The position numbers were made by a program, and so were the translations under genes. Source: Lytechinus pictus (lineage: Eukaryota). From it: a stretch of 64,000 nucleotides of DNA. The notes beneath the pieces are model-generated. The model had not been told where the DNA came from. It ran no database searches and saw only the letters and a program-made list of their open reading frames with translations. Below, piece after piece: positions 51,209-64,000 of this stretch; within the stretch, counting starts at the first letter, position 1; every line of letters begins with the position of its first letter. The stretch spans positions 11,038,001 through 11,102,000 of the forward strand of contig NC_087251.1 in NCBI RefSeq assembly GCF_037042905.1. Reading direction: 5' to 3'.

Positions 51209-53863
51209 TAGGCTGTTTGGCCTGTATTCAAGGCGTTCTATCCGTTATGATTTTATATTGAATGAAGCTAATTCCATCAGGTATAGGCCCCTATCAAGTC
51301 AAAATCGATACAGGGATCGAGAGGGGGGGGGGGTGGAGCCAAAAATTTCCCAGTCACATGGTATGAAAATGATATTTTTTATGATTGTCCACGATCATTA
51401 GGGCAAACCCGTGTGTGGCAGTACGGTAGCGTGATGAGTAAAAAAAAAATAAAATAAAAGAAAGAAAGAGGGCCAATGTAGGCATACATGGCGCGTGGGA
51501 ATAAAGTTGCTTTATATGTTCCAAGCGAGTGAAGCAAGCGAGAAAAAAACTTTTCGTGCAAATCTAAATTTGAGATAGATATCTTAACTTACACTTTTCC
51601 TTTTCTTTTCATTAATTCCCTTCATTTCTTTTTTATCTTGGTTGTTGAACTTTCGGGGGCCCCTAGGCCTAACCCTTCCATCGTGTACCCCCAGTGCAAT
51701 ATCAGCAGGTGGGTCTCGATAACTCTGGATATTTAGCAATTAGACCTATTTATAGAAAAACATAACGTTAATGTTTTGACCCCTTCCCCCCCAAAAAAGG
51801 AAAAACAATTATAAACTAAGATATATACATCCCCCTTTTCTCATTTCGCTTTTTATTTTCTCTATTCCCTCCTTATTTTTTTTTTGGGGGAGGGACCTTT
51901 TCGGGGGGCACCGCCCCTAGCTACGCGCCTACCAGATGAAGAGGCGAGCGAGCAAAACATTTGTCACTTTTGTTACAAATATCAATTTTGCAATAGATTT
52001 TGACATAACATTCAGAATTATTCTCGCATGCATTTTTCTTTCCTTTTGCTTTTTTATGGCCTTTTATTTCTCTTCCCTTTCTCTTTCTGTCTGTCTTTCT
52101 TTCTTTCTTTCTTTTCCTTCCTTCATTCCTTTTCTCTTATCCCGTTTTTTTTTTGGTGAAATCCTCTGGACCGGGGATCAAGGGCCAGCCTGCATGCCCC
52201 CGGCGGTTTACGCCTCTGCCGTGGATGTAAGCTATATATACGCATGATCTTAATCTTCATTATGATTCAAACTATATAGAGGCGCATCCAAGATTTTCCA
52301 AATTAAGTAGGGGGGGCGGGGTGAATTTTCTCAAGTAAAATTTGACAACTCCCAAAAAAGGTTCTTACTAAAAAAAAAAAAACGGTCATTATATTGTCTC
52401 GCGTAAAGTTTGACAAGTTAAAAAAAAATGGTCACTCAAAATGAAAGTCATTTTGTCCGCGTAATATTCGGCAAGCCCCCCCCCCCACAAAAATAAGAAA
52501 AGGGAAAGTCATTTTGTCCACGTGATATTTGGCAACCCCCCCCCAAAAAAAAAAAAAAAAAAAGGTTTTAACTATAGCAATGATCGAAGGTCATTTTGTC
52601 TCGCGTAAAATTTGACAATTTTTTTATAAAGTTGTCACTAAAAAGAAGGTCATTTTTTCCACCATTGATTATATTTGGCAAGCCCCCAACCCCCACCCCC
52701 ATAAAAAAAAGTTTGTCCCTAAAAGTGATGTATAGAAAGTCATATTGTTAATTTGTTCCCAGTAAAATTTTGAATTTGGCAATTAAAAAAAAGGCAAAAA
52801 AGAGAAAAGAATATGAACGAAATATCCCCATTACAAATAATGCTGTACGTGATTCTCATGAGGGGGGGGGGGCACATAACTAGTATTAATAACATATTTA
52901 ATTCCAAAATGTTTACTATAAATCTCAAAAGGGGGAACGGGCAGAAATGCTCACCCCAACCCCCCCCTCCCCCCCCCCCCCCCCGCCACTGATTCCAATC
53001 AATAATGACTTTTCTCTGCAATACTGATGCTTTGAAATCAAGATACTGAAGATTGATACGCTTAACATAAATTATGAACGTCTGACAAAAAGATAACCAA
53101 CCGATCACCTGACCGATCAGCTGACCAGTACGCGTATCACTTCGGAGTTGATCACTCGTCGCAGCTGTGTGGAACGCTCACCGAAAATCAACAAAAAGGG
53201 CCTGAAATGTAAGTTTAACAATAATCGATTTTAATTTCAACTATTTTTACAACTAAATAAAGGTTTGCCGTCCGAATGAAAGGTATATCGGATAACTCTA
53301 ACTTGTATTAAGGTGTACATTTACCAAAGTCTTGGGTTGGAAATCAGAACAGCATTGTCCAACCCATAATTTGGGTAATGTCGCCTATGAGGTCCATACA
53401 TGTTAATGTTTGGACCTCATTGGTACTAGGAGTGGTATGGTAGGGGGTCCTAAGGCTAAAGCTACGCACCACTCCATTGCGCATGCAATTCCAATGGCAA
53501 AATAAATGTGCACTCTAGCTCTGTGTGTGAAGCTGTGACTGCAGAGTGACGAACGATCCCTGGGCCTGGCTATTCAAGTTATGAAAATATGAAGTTTTCT
53601 AGTTCTACACTCCAGAGACCAGAGCAGGCAGGTAGCCAGGGGGGGGGGGGGGGCGGTCGCCCCCCAAAAAACGTCCCCAAATAGGGAAAAAAGAGAGGAG
53701 AAAAGGAAAAGCGAAGGGAGGAAAGGGAAAAAAGGTAGCTTTGTGGGGTTTTTTTTTTATTTATTTTTTTTTCTCAAAAGAGAAACTCCTTTCACTCTTG
53801 CTCTAAATTTTTTTTTTAGCGAGTTCGATGAAACGGCAGTTTCGTAATTTATATACACGAAGA

Positions 53864-54027
53864 CTGGGCTCCGTAACACAAAGATTAGCGATGAATCGCT
53901 AAATGAACTGACCAATCAATATCAATGTTGGACGCGCATATTAGGGTTGAAATACTGACCTGGGACCAATCAGTGCGGTTCTTTCATATTTGCAATTCAT
54001 CGCAAACCTTTGTGTTACGGAGCCCAG
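53864..54027. mobile_element. Short palindromic MITE
   Basis: CTGGGCTCCGTAACACAAAG / CTTTGTGTTACGGAGCCCAG perfect 20-bp TIR. A degenerate relative lies at about 58623-58760. Confidence 0.8.
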
Positions 54028-54785
54028 ATGTTGCAAACTCATCAAAGCTTTTTCTAATTGATCTTTTACCTTTCTTAAGACATCTATGTGTAGAGGAGAA
54101 GTTTCTTGTTCTTTCGATACCATTTATTTTACTACAATCTCTGGAAAAGTGGAAAATTCAGAGTTTTGAAATCCATTGACTTCGGAACACTACGCGATTG
54201 CGTTTTCACTGGAGGCCGCCATTTTGTTGAAATTTCTGACTGACCTCTGCACTCTGATACTACTTCCGGGGCATCAAACTTGCATAAGGCCGCTGTCGAC
54301 AGTGATTTTCCGCTACAGGAGATTCTAAGCTTTCATTTGATACCAAGATTGTCGAGGTTTTGAACATTTTTTCTGGTGTTCAAAGTCAGAGAACAATAAG
54401 TCTTATTTTTTGCCTATATTTTCAGGTATTTTCTTGATGAAAAACATGTAAAAAGAGCATGAAGGAGGGGGAGAAACCTAGTAGAAATCCATATTTTCTG
54501 AAAGTTTGAAGTTTTCTGAATGTAATGGTATACAATGTTAATGCATTCATACAATCGCATGGAATCGCATACGGTTGAAAAAAAAAAAGCCACACATGGA
54601 AAATGAGGAATTTCGTCGACCTCGTATTGACTCATTATGTACTGTAATTATATGGCATAGATTTTTTTTTAGTTTGTCTTTCAATTAGGAAATATGTTGC
54701 CTTGTGATATTTCTATTGTTGAAATTCATTGTAAATTTGTGTTGTGAATGTGATATTTGTCTGGGGAGTGGGGGCAATTGTTACC

Positions 54786-54822
<37 letters not shown>

Positions 54823-55947
54823 ATATAGATTTCTATAGATATATAATATATTATGTCATTCACTTCAATGTTATTCAAGTTAATTTTGTCAATTTTTTTT
54901 TCTTTGATCCTTTATTATAGAAATAATGTAGTCTATTATTATTATTAATGTTATCATTATCCTTAATATTTATATTATTATCATCATTATTATGATAATT
55001 TTTTGTTATTATTGTCATCGGTAGTATATGAAAAAAAAAATGTTACTACTGACTGTTATAACATTTGAAAGGGGTCACATCTTTAGTTCGTATGCCTTTT
55101 ATTTAGTAAGAGTAAACTGCTCTTGTTTACAATAATCTTTATTGTACAATTATTTCATTAATATAATGTGCCCTGTTCAATTAAATTTATTGCTTTGATA
55201 ATTGTTTCCATCAATTGGAGAAGATTGGAAAATTAAATATGGTTTAATTGCTCATATGGTATGACATCACACTATGTTTTGTTGATCTCTAGATTGCCAA
55301 AATGCATTAAGGATTGCATCAATGTTTTAGTTTACCACACAGTACCATATTTGGTAGCAATTAACTAGCAGTCATGAAGAATTTAGCTGCAATTGATGAA
55401 AGATCGAAGACCATGTGTGTCTAAATAAATTGTATAAATTGTGAATATTTTGTGAACAAAATTAAGCCTGAAGAATAATTTTTGAAAAGTCCGCGAAGTT
55501 TGGACACCCAATCATACTTGTAAGTTGGTATAAATGTATGATACATATGTATGTTTTGCGGTTATTGAGACCTCCATTTTCAGCCTAAATTTCCGCTCCA
55601 GAGCATCACCAATTCAGAAAGCCATAGCAATTTCTGTTTTTCCATTCCAGAGACTCACATTTGTGATTTTTCATTCCAGTGCACGCCCATCATGAACTAC
55701 TCCGCTGGTTGGAGTGGCAAGCTCGATCGGCATAGTGCTGGGCTGCCAAAGCTCCCCGCAGCTAGAATATATAGAATCAATTTAAACACGCAAATAAAGT
55801 ATGAGTAGAAAATGGTTAATATTAAAGATAAAATATGATATGATAATTATACAATGGACATTAAATGAAAAGAAACCTTAAATCTTACATAATTATGTTT
55901 ACAAAAATGTTTTGAGATTTTTCTTATGTTTCTCCTGCAATTGACAG

Positions 55948-56147
55948 ACAGAAGATCCTTCACTTGAAAACTCCACAACAATCAAAGTCATCCAAATTTT
56001 TGCAGAAAGCGCCCCCCAGAGATCCTGTGAAGATAGGGATCATTGGATGCGGACGTATAGGGAACCATTTGGCTAATTGTCTTCTCACATATGCAGATGT
56101 TTTGCCACAAGAGCTGGTAATATCTACACGGCGACCAGAAACACTGG
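55948..56147 (+). CDS. NOXRED1: NOXRED1-like coding exon 2 (Rossmann GxGxxG motif)
   Basis: Acceptor TTGACAG at 55947 is in phase with exon 1. Encodes KIGIIGCGRIGNHLA and ISTRRPETL. Donor G|GTAAGT. Confidence 0.87.
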
Positions 56148-57194
56148 GTAAGTAGCCCGATGGTAGCACTTCCTTTTCAAAGGCATAATACATACATGTA
56201 ATCAATCCCCATGTCAAACAATAATCACTTTTTATTTGTAGTTTCAAGTACATTCTCAGCAATTTAGACCCCCTTTTTACATGAATACAGATACCAATTA
56301 AAACTTTAAAACAACCCTCTCTATTTTAGCATTTCAAGTAACCTACACTTTTACAACAGCACCCCTTTTTGAGATAACTAGTATATCAAAGTTATCTTTC
56401 CCAATAACCTGTGTGAACAATTCAGTAGTTTAGTATTCACCATAATGCTGTGCATAATGCATTGCGCAGAACAGTTAGCTTCTTATTCTCATGATATTTA
56501 ATTCTCATACTGCGCATTACATGATGAATTCACGAGTACCCTGTTGGTCATGCATGGTTCCACAGGCATTTGACTGGAATTACATGTTGCGAAGTACATA
56601 TAATTATCAAAATAGATTTTTTTAAATATGCAGTACAAAAACTACAAAAATAGTAAGATGAACTAGTCCATCCCGATTTAGTTTCATGAAATTTAATCAA
56701 ACCGGTTAGGATATAATTTATAAAGAATGATGAATTTGTCTTTAAAATTTGAAATACTTTGAATGTTAACCGGTTGAAAACTGAACCCACATATACATGT
56801 ATACAGGCTGGAGTCTATTCTAACGAAATCAGTCTCCATTGGGCTAAAATGTAACTTGAAATTCTGACTGGCTTTTAACAATCTACCGGGTGCTTGAGTA
56901 CCTGACCTTTCATAAGAAATTTTGTGTTACTTGCAAAAGGACAGGTGCAACATGTGGGAAATATAACCCTTAATCTATAATTGGTCTGGTCACATGGTCT
57001 ATTGACCCAATGCTTTGTAAAAACAGTGACAACCAAATTTTGGACCCCACCTTTACATGTAGGCCTACATAATGAATAGAATCATGTGATTGTCTAGTTT
57101 TGCTTGTTTTAAAAGAGCATGTGAGTTATTGTTTTTTCAGTGTCAACAACATTGTCTCATTTTTATACAAGAAACATCCTTTTTATATCCTCAG

Positions 57195-57542
57195 CCCTGT
57201 TGAAGAAGAAGGGGATAGAATGCATCTATGACAATGTAAAGGTGGCATCCTCGGTGCATCTGCTCTTCCTCTGCGTGCTTCCATCACAGATGGCCACAGT
57301 AGCTGATGATATCTGCACCGTCATCCCACCACATTGCACCATCTACACCTTCCTCAGTTCTGTGCCCATCCCGCGGTTGAGACGCATGTTGGACGCTCAG
57401 GCCATCATTAGGCCAGAGTTTACCTGGGAGCGGTCAGGGGGAGGAGGAGAGGGGATGGTATGGGATTGCACCAAGGATGTCTGTATCACCCTGGAGAACC
57501 AAGAACAGGTTGAGATGACCTGTCCACTTGCTGAGCAGAGGA
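57195..57542 (+). CDS. NOXRED1: NOXRED1-like coding exon 3
   Basis: Acceptor TCCTCAG at 57194. Encodes KGIECIYDN...LLFLCVLPSQ (P5C-reductase-like fold). Donor A|GTAAGT at 57542. Confidence 0.85.
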
Positions 57543-58026
57543 GTAAGTTTGATGTTTGTACCCTGAATACTTCAGGTTCTGAATTAATGCAGATATTCTA
57601 TGCCTAGAAAATTTAGTTTCTGTTTCAAATTTGATTTTGATAAAGGAATAGGGAATCGATTTTGTAATTGAACCTTCACCCCTGGAATCCCTGTCCAGAT
57701 TTGGAAACTCAGTGTATTGCAAAATTAATTTTGTAAATACATCATTGTTGTCATCATCTTCAGCAGCAGCATCATCCAAATTATTATCTCCCTCATAATC
57801 AATATCTTCATCAACACAGGCACCACCACTTCATCTTCATTCCCATCATCGGTTCCACCATTATCATCATCGTCATGATGACTATCATTTTTTTCAGACT
57901 ATCTATAACATGAGGTTATTCAGCGTCTGAAAAAACACTGCTTTCCATACCTTTACAAAATTTCTTGAAAATCTTTATTTGTAAACTTTATGTTTTGGGT
58001 GTTTTTTCTCATTATTTTTTTTACAG

Positions 58027-58213
58027 GTTCTATTGTCCAGACAAAAGAGAAGTGGGCGGAGATGGTACTCTACTCGTTTGTCAACATGTGTACCAGGGAA
58101 GGTCTAGAGAAACAACAAACCATAGCGGTCACCAACGAAGTTATCCTGGGGCAGTCGTCCAGTCAGGAATACCCCACAGAATTTAGGGCAATGGATTTCA
58201 CGCGACGCCCAAC
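58027..58213 (+). CDS. NOXRED1: NOXRED1-like coding exon 4 (downstream exons not identified)
   Basis: Polypyrimidine tract plus TTACAG at 58026, in phase. Encodes KWAEMVLYSFVNMC...NEVILG. Donor AC|GTAAGT at 58213, phase 2. Confidence 0.75.
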
Positions 58214-61200
58214 GTAAGTATATAGTTCTATGCATTAGTTGTGAGACTCCAGCCTTAGGGCTTAGGGGCTCTTGCTCATCTTTCAAAATCTATTTCTCAT
58301 GCTTTCATCTCAGCTTATCTGTCCAACTGGTGATCTCACAATGAGGAATGGGCTTCTTGTCAAAACCTCTCTGAGTGATGGTCTTTAAACTTGGCATATC
58401 CTTCCTCACTTATACCCTGTTTTATATTATCATAAATTTTACAAGAATTCCAACATATATATAATCCTACACTATGTAAAATGTATTTGTTTTGAGACTC
58501 CTTTATGAGGGGCTTTTGCCCATCTCCTAAATTGCTCTCTCATACCTTCATCACAGCCTATAGCAATCCACACAAACAAAGAAAGTTGTGTATTGATTTG
58601 GAGCGAATCCAGTACCTCATATCTGGGCCCTATAATACAAAGCTTCACAATTAATCTAGCATCTGATTTGTACAATTAATTGCACATGATAATCATTGCA
58701 AAGAAAGGTAACATTCAGCCCAGCAGTCAATCACTAAACTTAATATGTTATGGAGCCCTAGATTAAAACAAAAATAAGTTGGAGCCTTGGATTTTGTCTC
58801 AAGGTAGCCATGAGAGTGTGATTCAAGCTATATTTGAAAAGGATTAAAGATATACAATTTTCTGTGGTGTTTAAGAGCAAGATAAGTAAGAATACCAATG
58901 GAAAAAGGTAATGAATCTTTAAGGAAACTGAAGTAGGCTTATGATGTAAGTGTATTGTGTATGTAGCTCTACCTTTTGAATCAAGTTTAATATTTTTGTT
59001 AGCTTGTTTCCCCAAGACTGGTAAAAAAGCCAATTAGTTTTCAGCAAAATTTTCAGCTAAATTGAAACTGGGGGAAATAATCTGGATTATTATTAATTCC
59101 AAACTCTTGCTTTGATACAATCTTCATATTTTGTTTTCATGATACATTTACACCACACTCTGTAGGGAAAGTTGTTTCTTTCCTGGTTTGAACAAAATTA
59201 TTTTTCAGCTCGAATTGTTCAATTAACTTAAATGGTCTGCACGTTCTTCCCCCTTACCCACCCCCCTCCCCGTAAGTTAGGAGATTATTTGAAAATATAT
59301 ACATGTATTCATATAACTCTCCGTGCTCATAATTATCCTATTAGGTACCTTCAACATGACACAATATCAAAAGCAAAAGAGGAACATTACCATTGCCTAT
59401 TATATGGTCCTTTAATTTGGCAACACATTCACCAGAAATTCCATCCCATGCTTGGTTTGTGTTTCTGAACTTTTTTACCTGGCAGAGAGCAATACTGTTT
59501 GTGTCCAACAATTGCTAGTTTTGGCAAAAACATTATTGTAATAGCTGCATTTGTATCTGGTCTGGAAATGGATTCTTGAGTTTAGATAGCGCCCACCCTC
59601 ATTAAAAGTTCCATTGTGGGATGGCATAATGGCAGGAAAAGGGCAAAAGACTAACCTGGATGGTTAGGCCAGCATACATGTATGTTGACATATGTACAGT
59701 AAGCTGTTTTATCATATATTCCTTACTTGATCATAATATCGTCATATCAAATTGTTTATATCAATAAATTCTCTTTAACAGATAGCATTTCTTCTATTTT
59801 CTAGATGGCAGGAATTGAATTTTTGAAAAATAACAGTTGTATAATTTCACGAAGCACTTGACATAACAAAACCTAACTACTAACTAATTTCAATTACTTA
59901 TCTAACTGAACTACATGTATTGTAAAGTCAGGAAATAGGATTGAATGATGAAACAGCTTGACATAGTATATGGCAAGGCATTTGATCCTATGAAGTTACT
60001 AGTAACATGTATGCACAAGTATATCCATACATCACTTGATATTTTCAAAGGAGTGCACCTCTTGCATGTGATAATACCTCAGGTTGTTATCTTTTGAACC
60101 GTTATTTCCTTTGGGACACCTTCCCACAATGCCCACAGTACCCAATCACATGGCAAGAAAATGATGTCATGTCTGATTGTGCAATCACATCAGTTCTCAT
60201 GCCAGCTGTGCTTTGACTGGTGGTTATGTGACTCTGAACTGATGCATTATGGGCAGGAAGTCAGGATAATGTATTGGCTGAATACTTCCGTTCTCAATAT
60301 CCTCCTTTCCTGATCAATTCTCATTGACCTGATCATGAGAGTGACCTTTGCTCAGAAGGTCGCCTTTCGTAATTCGTATAAAGGTTGAGGAAAGAATTGA
60401 CTTGGTTTTATATATAATGGTGTATTCATATACATGTAACCTGGCTGAATACGAAGTAATACAAGAAGTTAGTGGCATTAGGCAAGCCCCCCCCCCCCCC
60501 CAAAGAAAGAAGAAAAAAATGATGAAATTATTTTTATTGTTCAATAAATGAATGATTTAACCTAATTCTGCTTGATTAAAAGATACACTTTTTTCAAATA
60601 TATTAATTGATTTCATCAAGCTCTGCCTCGTTTAAAAGATTTCTGATTTCTTTTAAAAAGTAAAGATGAGATAACCACATTTTTGTAGGATTCAGAAACA
60701 CATTCCTTTTATCATTTCTCTCATGGATTTCTATGTTGCAGGGGGTAAACTTTGGCATTAATCCAAACTCTTGCACGAGAAGTTTTGGGATTTTCGAGGA
60801 GTTATCACAAGAAGTGATACAAGCAATGGTATGGTAATTGGATGACCCATGGGAGGGGGGCGATTCATTAAACTATTCTAAAATTTATGCATAGCTTTAT
60901 AAACTCTTGGACAATGGCAAGTCCAGTTGATTTCTAAATCAACTTTTATCACATGAAGATGAAATACAGGTTTTATTATTCTAAAACTTGTGTGGTCTCT
61001 CAATAGTCAAAAACTTAATGCAAGCTATATGGAGTCACATTGATTTATGAGCAAACATGACAGTGTGACCAACTTAGAAAATAGAATGTTTTTATTACTA
61101 TGGGAGACAAGAATGTATGGGAATCTGAATCTTCATTAACACTGATATAAACATGAGATCTTGTATAGACTTTGTTAGTAATATGACCACTCATTTTCAT

Positions 61201-64000
61201 ACTTTTCATAGCTGCTTTATAGTTGAAAGATTTGGATTCTGGTAGTGTTTGCCCCCATTTTTCTCAAAATGACATCAAAGCTAGATTAGAAAGTTATATC
61301 AATAAACATTTGTCAATTGGCCCTAGTATTATAATAGGGATTATTCCCCTTTTCAGAAAATGAAAGAACAATTTATCTCTTAGTTGACATCCCTACATGT
61401 TTCCGTACATGTATTTTTGTAGCAAAAAAAATTGAAACAAAAGCTGCCTATTCATGTAGTTTAAACATTAAATGTGGGAAACCCCAATATCAACTTTTCA
61501 TGATTCATTTTTCCTCCTTGTTTTATTTGTGGATTTAGAGGACATTTATTCTATTCAAGTTGAATTACTGATTTCTTTCTTATATATTTGGAAAATGTCT
61601 CATCTATTAAGTGTATCAGCACTTAATTTCCTTATTTTGTTAATATCTTATGTGATCACACTCTTGAGTCTTTAGGCATGGTTTAAATCCACATGTTCCC
61701 TATTGTGATATGAAATAGAAATGCAGTTTAATCTAATTGACACCCCCTCCCCCTGTTGAAATGTATGAAAAGAAATGAGCAAGAGAGGTGTGGGGCGGGG
61801 AAAGGGGAAAAATCAGAGAAATCATGATCTATTAACACATTTTTTGTTCCTAATACCTTATACTCATCCCCCTGAGTTTTTTTTTTCCACGATTAGATTT
61901 GTTGTTGAAAAATTTTTGAATTTGGTTCAAACCAATTATATTATATATCTTGATTTCAAAGTTTTTCTTCTGAGACTGCCTGGTTTGGTTTCATTAGTCA
62001 TTAGTGATTGTTTTTCAATCGCTACTTGCCAATTGAGTTTCATGTATGACCTTGCTTGATTATACTTTGCTGCTTGTTTGAATCAATTCTACCATGAGTC
62101 GTGTTAAAATAAGCATAATACACTAATGTGTTTCTCATACTTTCCATCCTTGTTTGTTTCAGTCAAGCACATGGTTATTCATTTAAGAGTGTTATAAAAT
62201 TGTTTTTCAAATATGATATATTTACCTGTTGTGATCAGAAATGAAAGGTTAAATACATTTGATTGAGGATGCAGTGAAGCTAAAATCTGTTTTGAAGCAG
62301 TATAATTTTTACATGTCAGTCCATGACTAGTATTAGGGACATTTTTGCGCTCCTGATTTTAGAAAGTCATGGGTCCATAGTCGTTCTTCTTATAGACAAA
62401 GCCAGATATTTGATTTTCTCTTGTGTTTTTGTGCCATTACATATAAGTATGTACATGTAGATTCAGTTATGAATACATATCCGGGTCCTGATTTTAGGAG
62501 TTACACACATGTATGCATGTTCTATCTACATGAGTTGCAAACCCAGAATCAATGGAAGCATTTCACGAAGCATCTCGTCATTGATTTTTGCTGATAAATT
62601 TGCGCTCAGCCAATCATATGCAAAAGATTTCAGTTTGCAACAGTTGTCTGTAAAATCATCATTTAGGAACAACGTTCATGAAAACGGCTCCAACAGACTT
62701 CAAATGTTCGACAGTAATTTAACTACATCACTTCCCAGTTTTAACACTGTAAAAATGCGGTCAAATAACATTTAATTGGGACTTTCGCTGCACACAAAAG
62801 AGGGACGGGGTCGGAAACCCCCAATGACCCCCGGGTTTGCCCAAGTCAGCAAACACTGCAGCAAACACAACCCCATTTTCATTTCATAACCTGCAAACCC
62901 ATGCTACTCTCATGGTATGAGTCATATTGTTATTAAAAAGAAAAGTAGAGATCAATCGTCATCCAATCTACTTCTAATTATAGACAGTGACATTCTACTC
63001 ACATCTATCAACTACATGCTAGGCTCTCAAATGACAACGATATTCAGATGAAATTCTCTAAATTCACCTTCAGGATACACTAGCTACCGATATTAACAAT
63101 TTTAGATGATAATTATCATTCAAATGGTAGGTTTGATGAAATTTATAGTGAATCATGTGATTTGGTCAATCTGTAAAATTTACATTTTGCTCATGTCGAA
63201 GTGCCCTTTCAAAATGATTCAATTTGGAACAAGCCAGGAAAAGTGTTATACCTGGGTTTTCTTTTCTGCTTAGTTTTGTCTTAGTTTTAGTTTGGTGATT
63301 AAATTATGTATTTTTCTCTGATCCAGGTTGTGTCATCCTTATTCATCATCGATATATGCCAAATTTTGTTTTTTACAGATAGGGAATATGTTTATCGTCT
63401 AAAGGTTGGATCGTCTTAAGGTCAAACTGGCGTTTTGTCCAGGGTTATATTGTTTCAAGCACTCTTACCATTATGGTATGAGTATCCACTTTAATCAAGG
63501 ATGGGACGGTTATTGCTTAAAGGTGGAATTCAGGTTTTATGGCTTTGTGGATGATGTAATGTAAACATATTTTGATTTTGTTACTAAAATTGATGTAAAT
63601 ATGTTTTTTTCAGTACCAATCTGAAAGTATTTTATGTCTAAGGAAATATATTTTTAAAGGAAGCAAATGAGTCTACACTCTACAGTTTATTCAAAGAACG
63701 ATGTGATTCTTTTTTCAAAGTGACTTTTTATAATGGTCTTCCAGTTTCCCACGTTACAGAATTTAGTCTTATATCTAACATCAGTGAGTTTACATCTATA
63801 GTTTATCAAATTTTATCTATATTCTAGTTAATTAGACTAAACAAGATGTTTTGAATTTGTACTTGTATTATTTTCGATAAATTTTCAAAATCAAACGATC
63901 GGTTTTGGACGTTTTGAACGTTTTGAACGGTATATTGCCACTTGGTCCCCTTGGTCTACATGTATCCGCTTCGTCTACTTTCCATCTGGTTTCATCTCAC

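Noticed and set aside
60689..60830. Candidate NOXRED1 exon 5 after TTTTGTAG or GTTGCAG
   Set aside because: Phase-2 joining gives early stops and no recognisable similarity.

Overview
This is AT-rich, repeat-dense eukaryotic genomic DNA with GT-AG introns, microsatellites and many MITEs. The repeat repertoire looks like an echinoderm (sea-urchin-like); that is inference. Two host genes are supported. The first is a complete 3-coding-exon DUSP10/MKP5-type MAPK phosphatase (+, 35217-37978, about 537 aa). The second is the first four coding exons of a NOXRED1-like NADP-dependent oxidoreductase (+, 48157-58213, 3' end not located). Retroelements include a near-intact L2/Crack-group LINE (-, EN+RT ORF 8461-11576 broken by one 1-bp frameshift), a 3'-UTR-only remnant of a related LINE, a decayed RT remnant of probable RTE-X type and two tRNA-derived SINE-like sequences. 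There are more than a dozen non-autonomous DNA transposons (PIF/Harbinger-, Kolobok-, hAT-, Tc1- and possibly Crypton-like), some nested or partly duplicated. I found no prokaryote-type systems and nothing I can support as a wholly new biological system. The best leads are a shared RNA architecture in two divergent LINE 3' ends, a possible in-frame alternative terminal exon of DUSP10, and a 2.2-kb element carrying seven same-orientation 15-mers.
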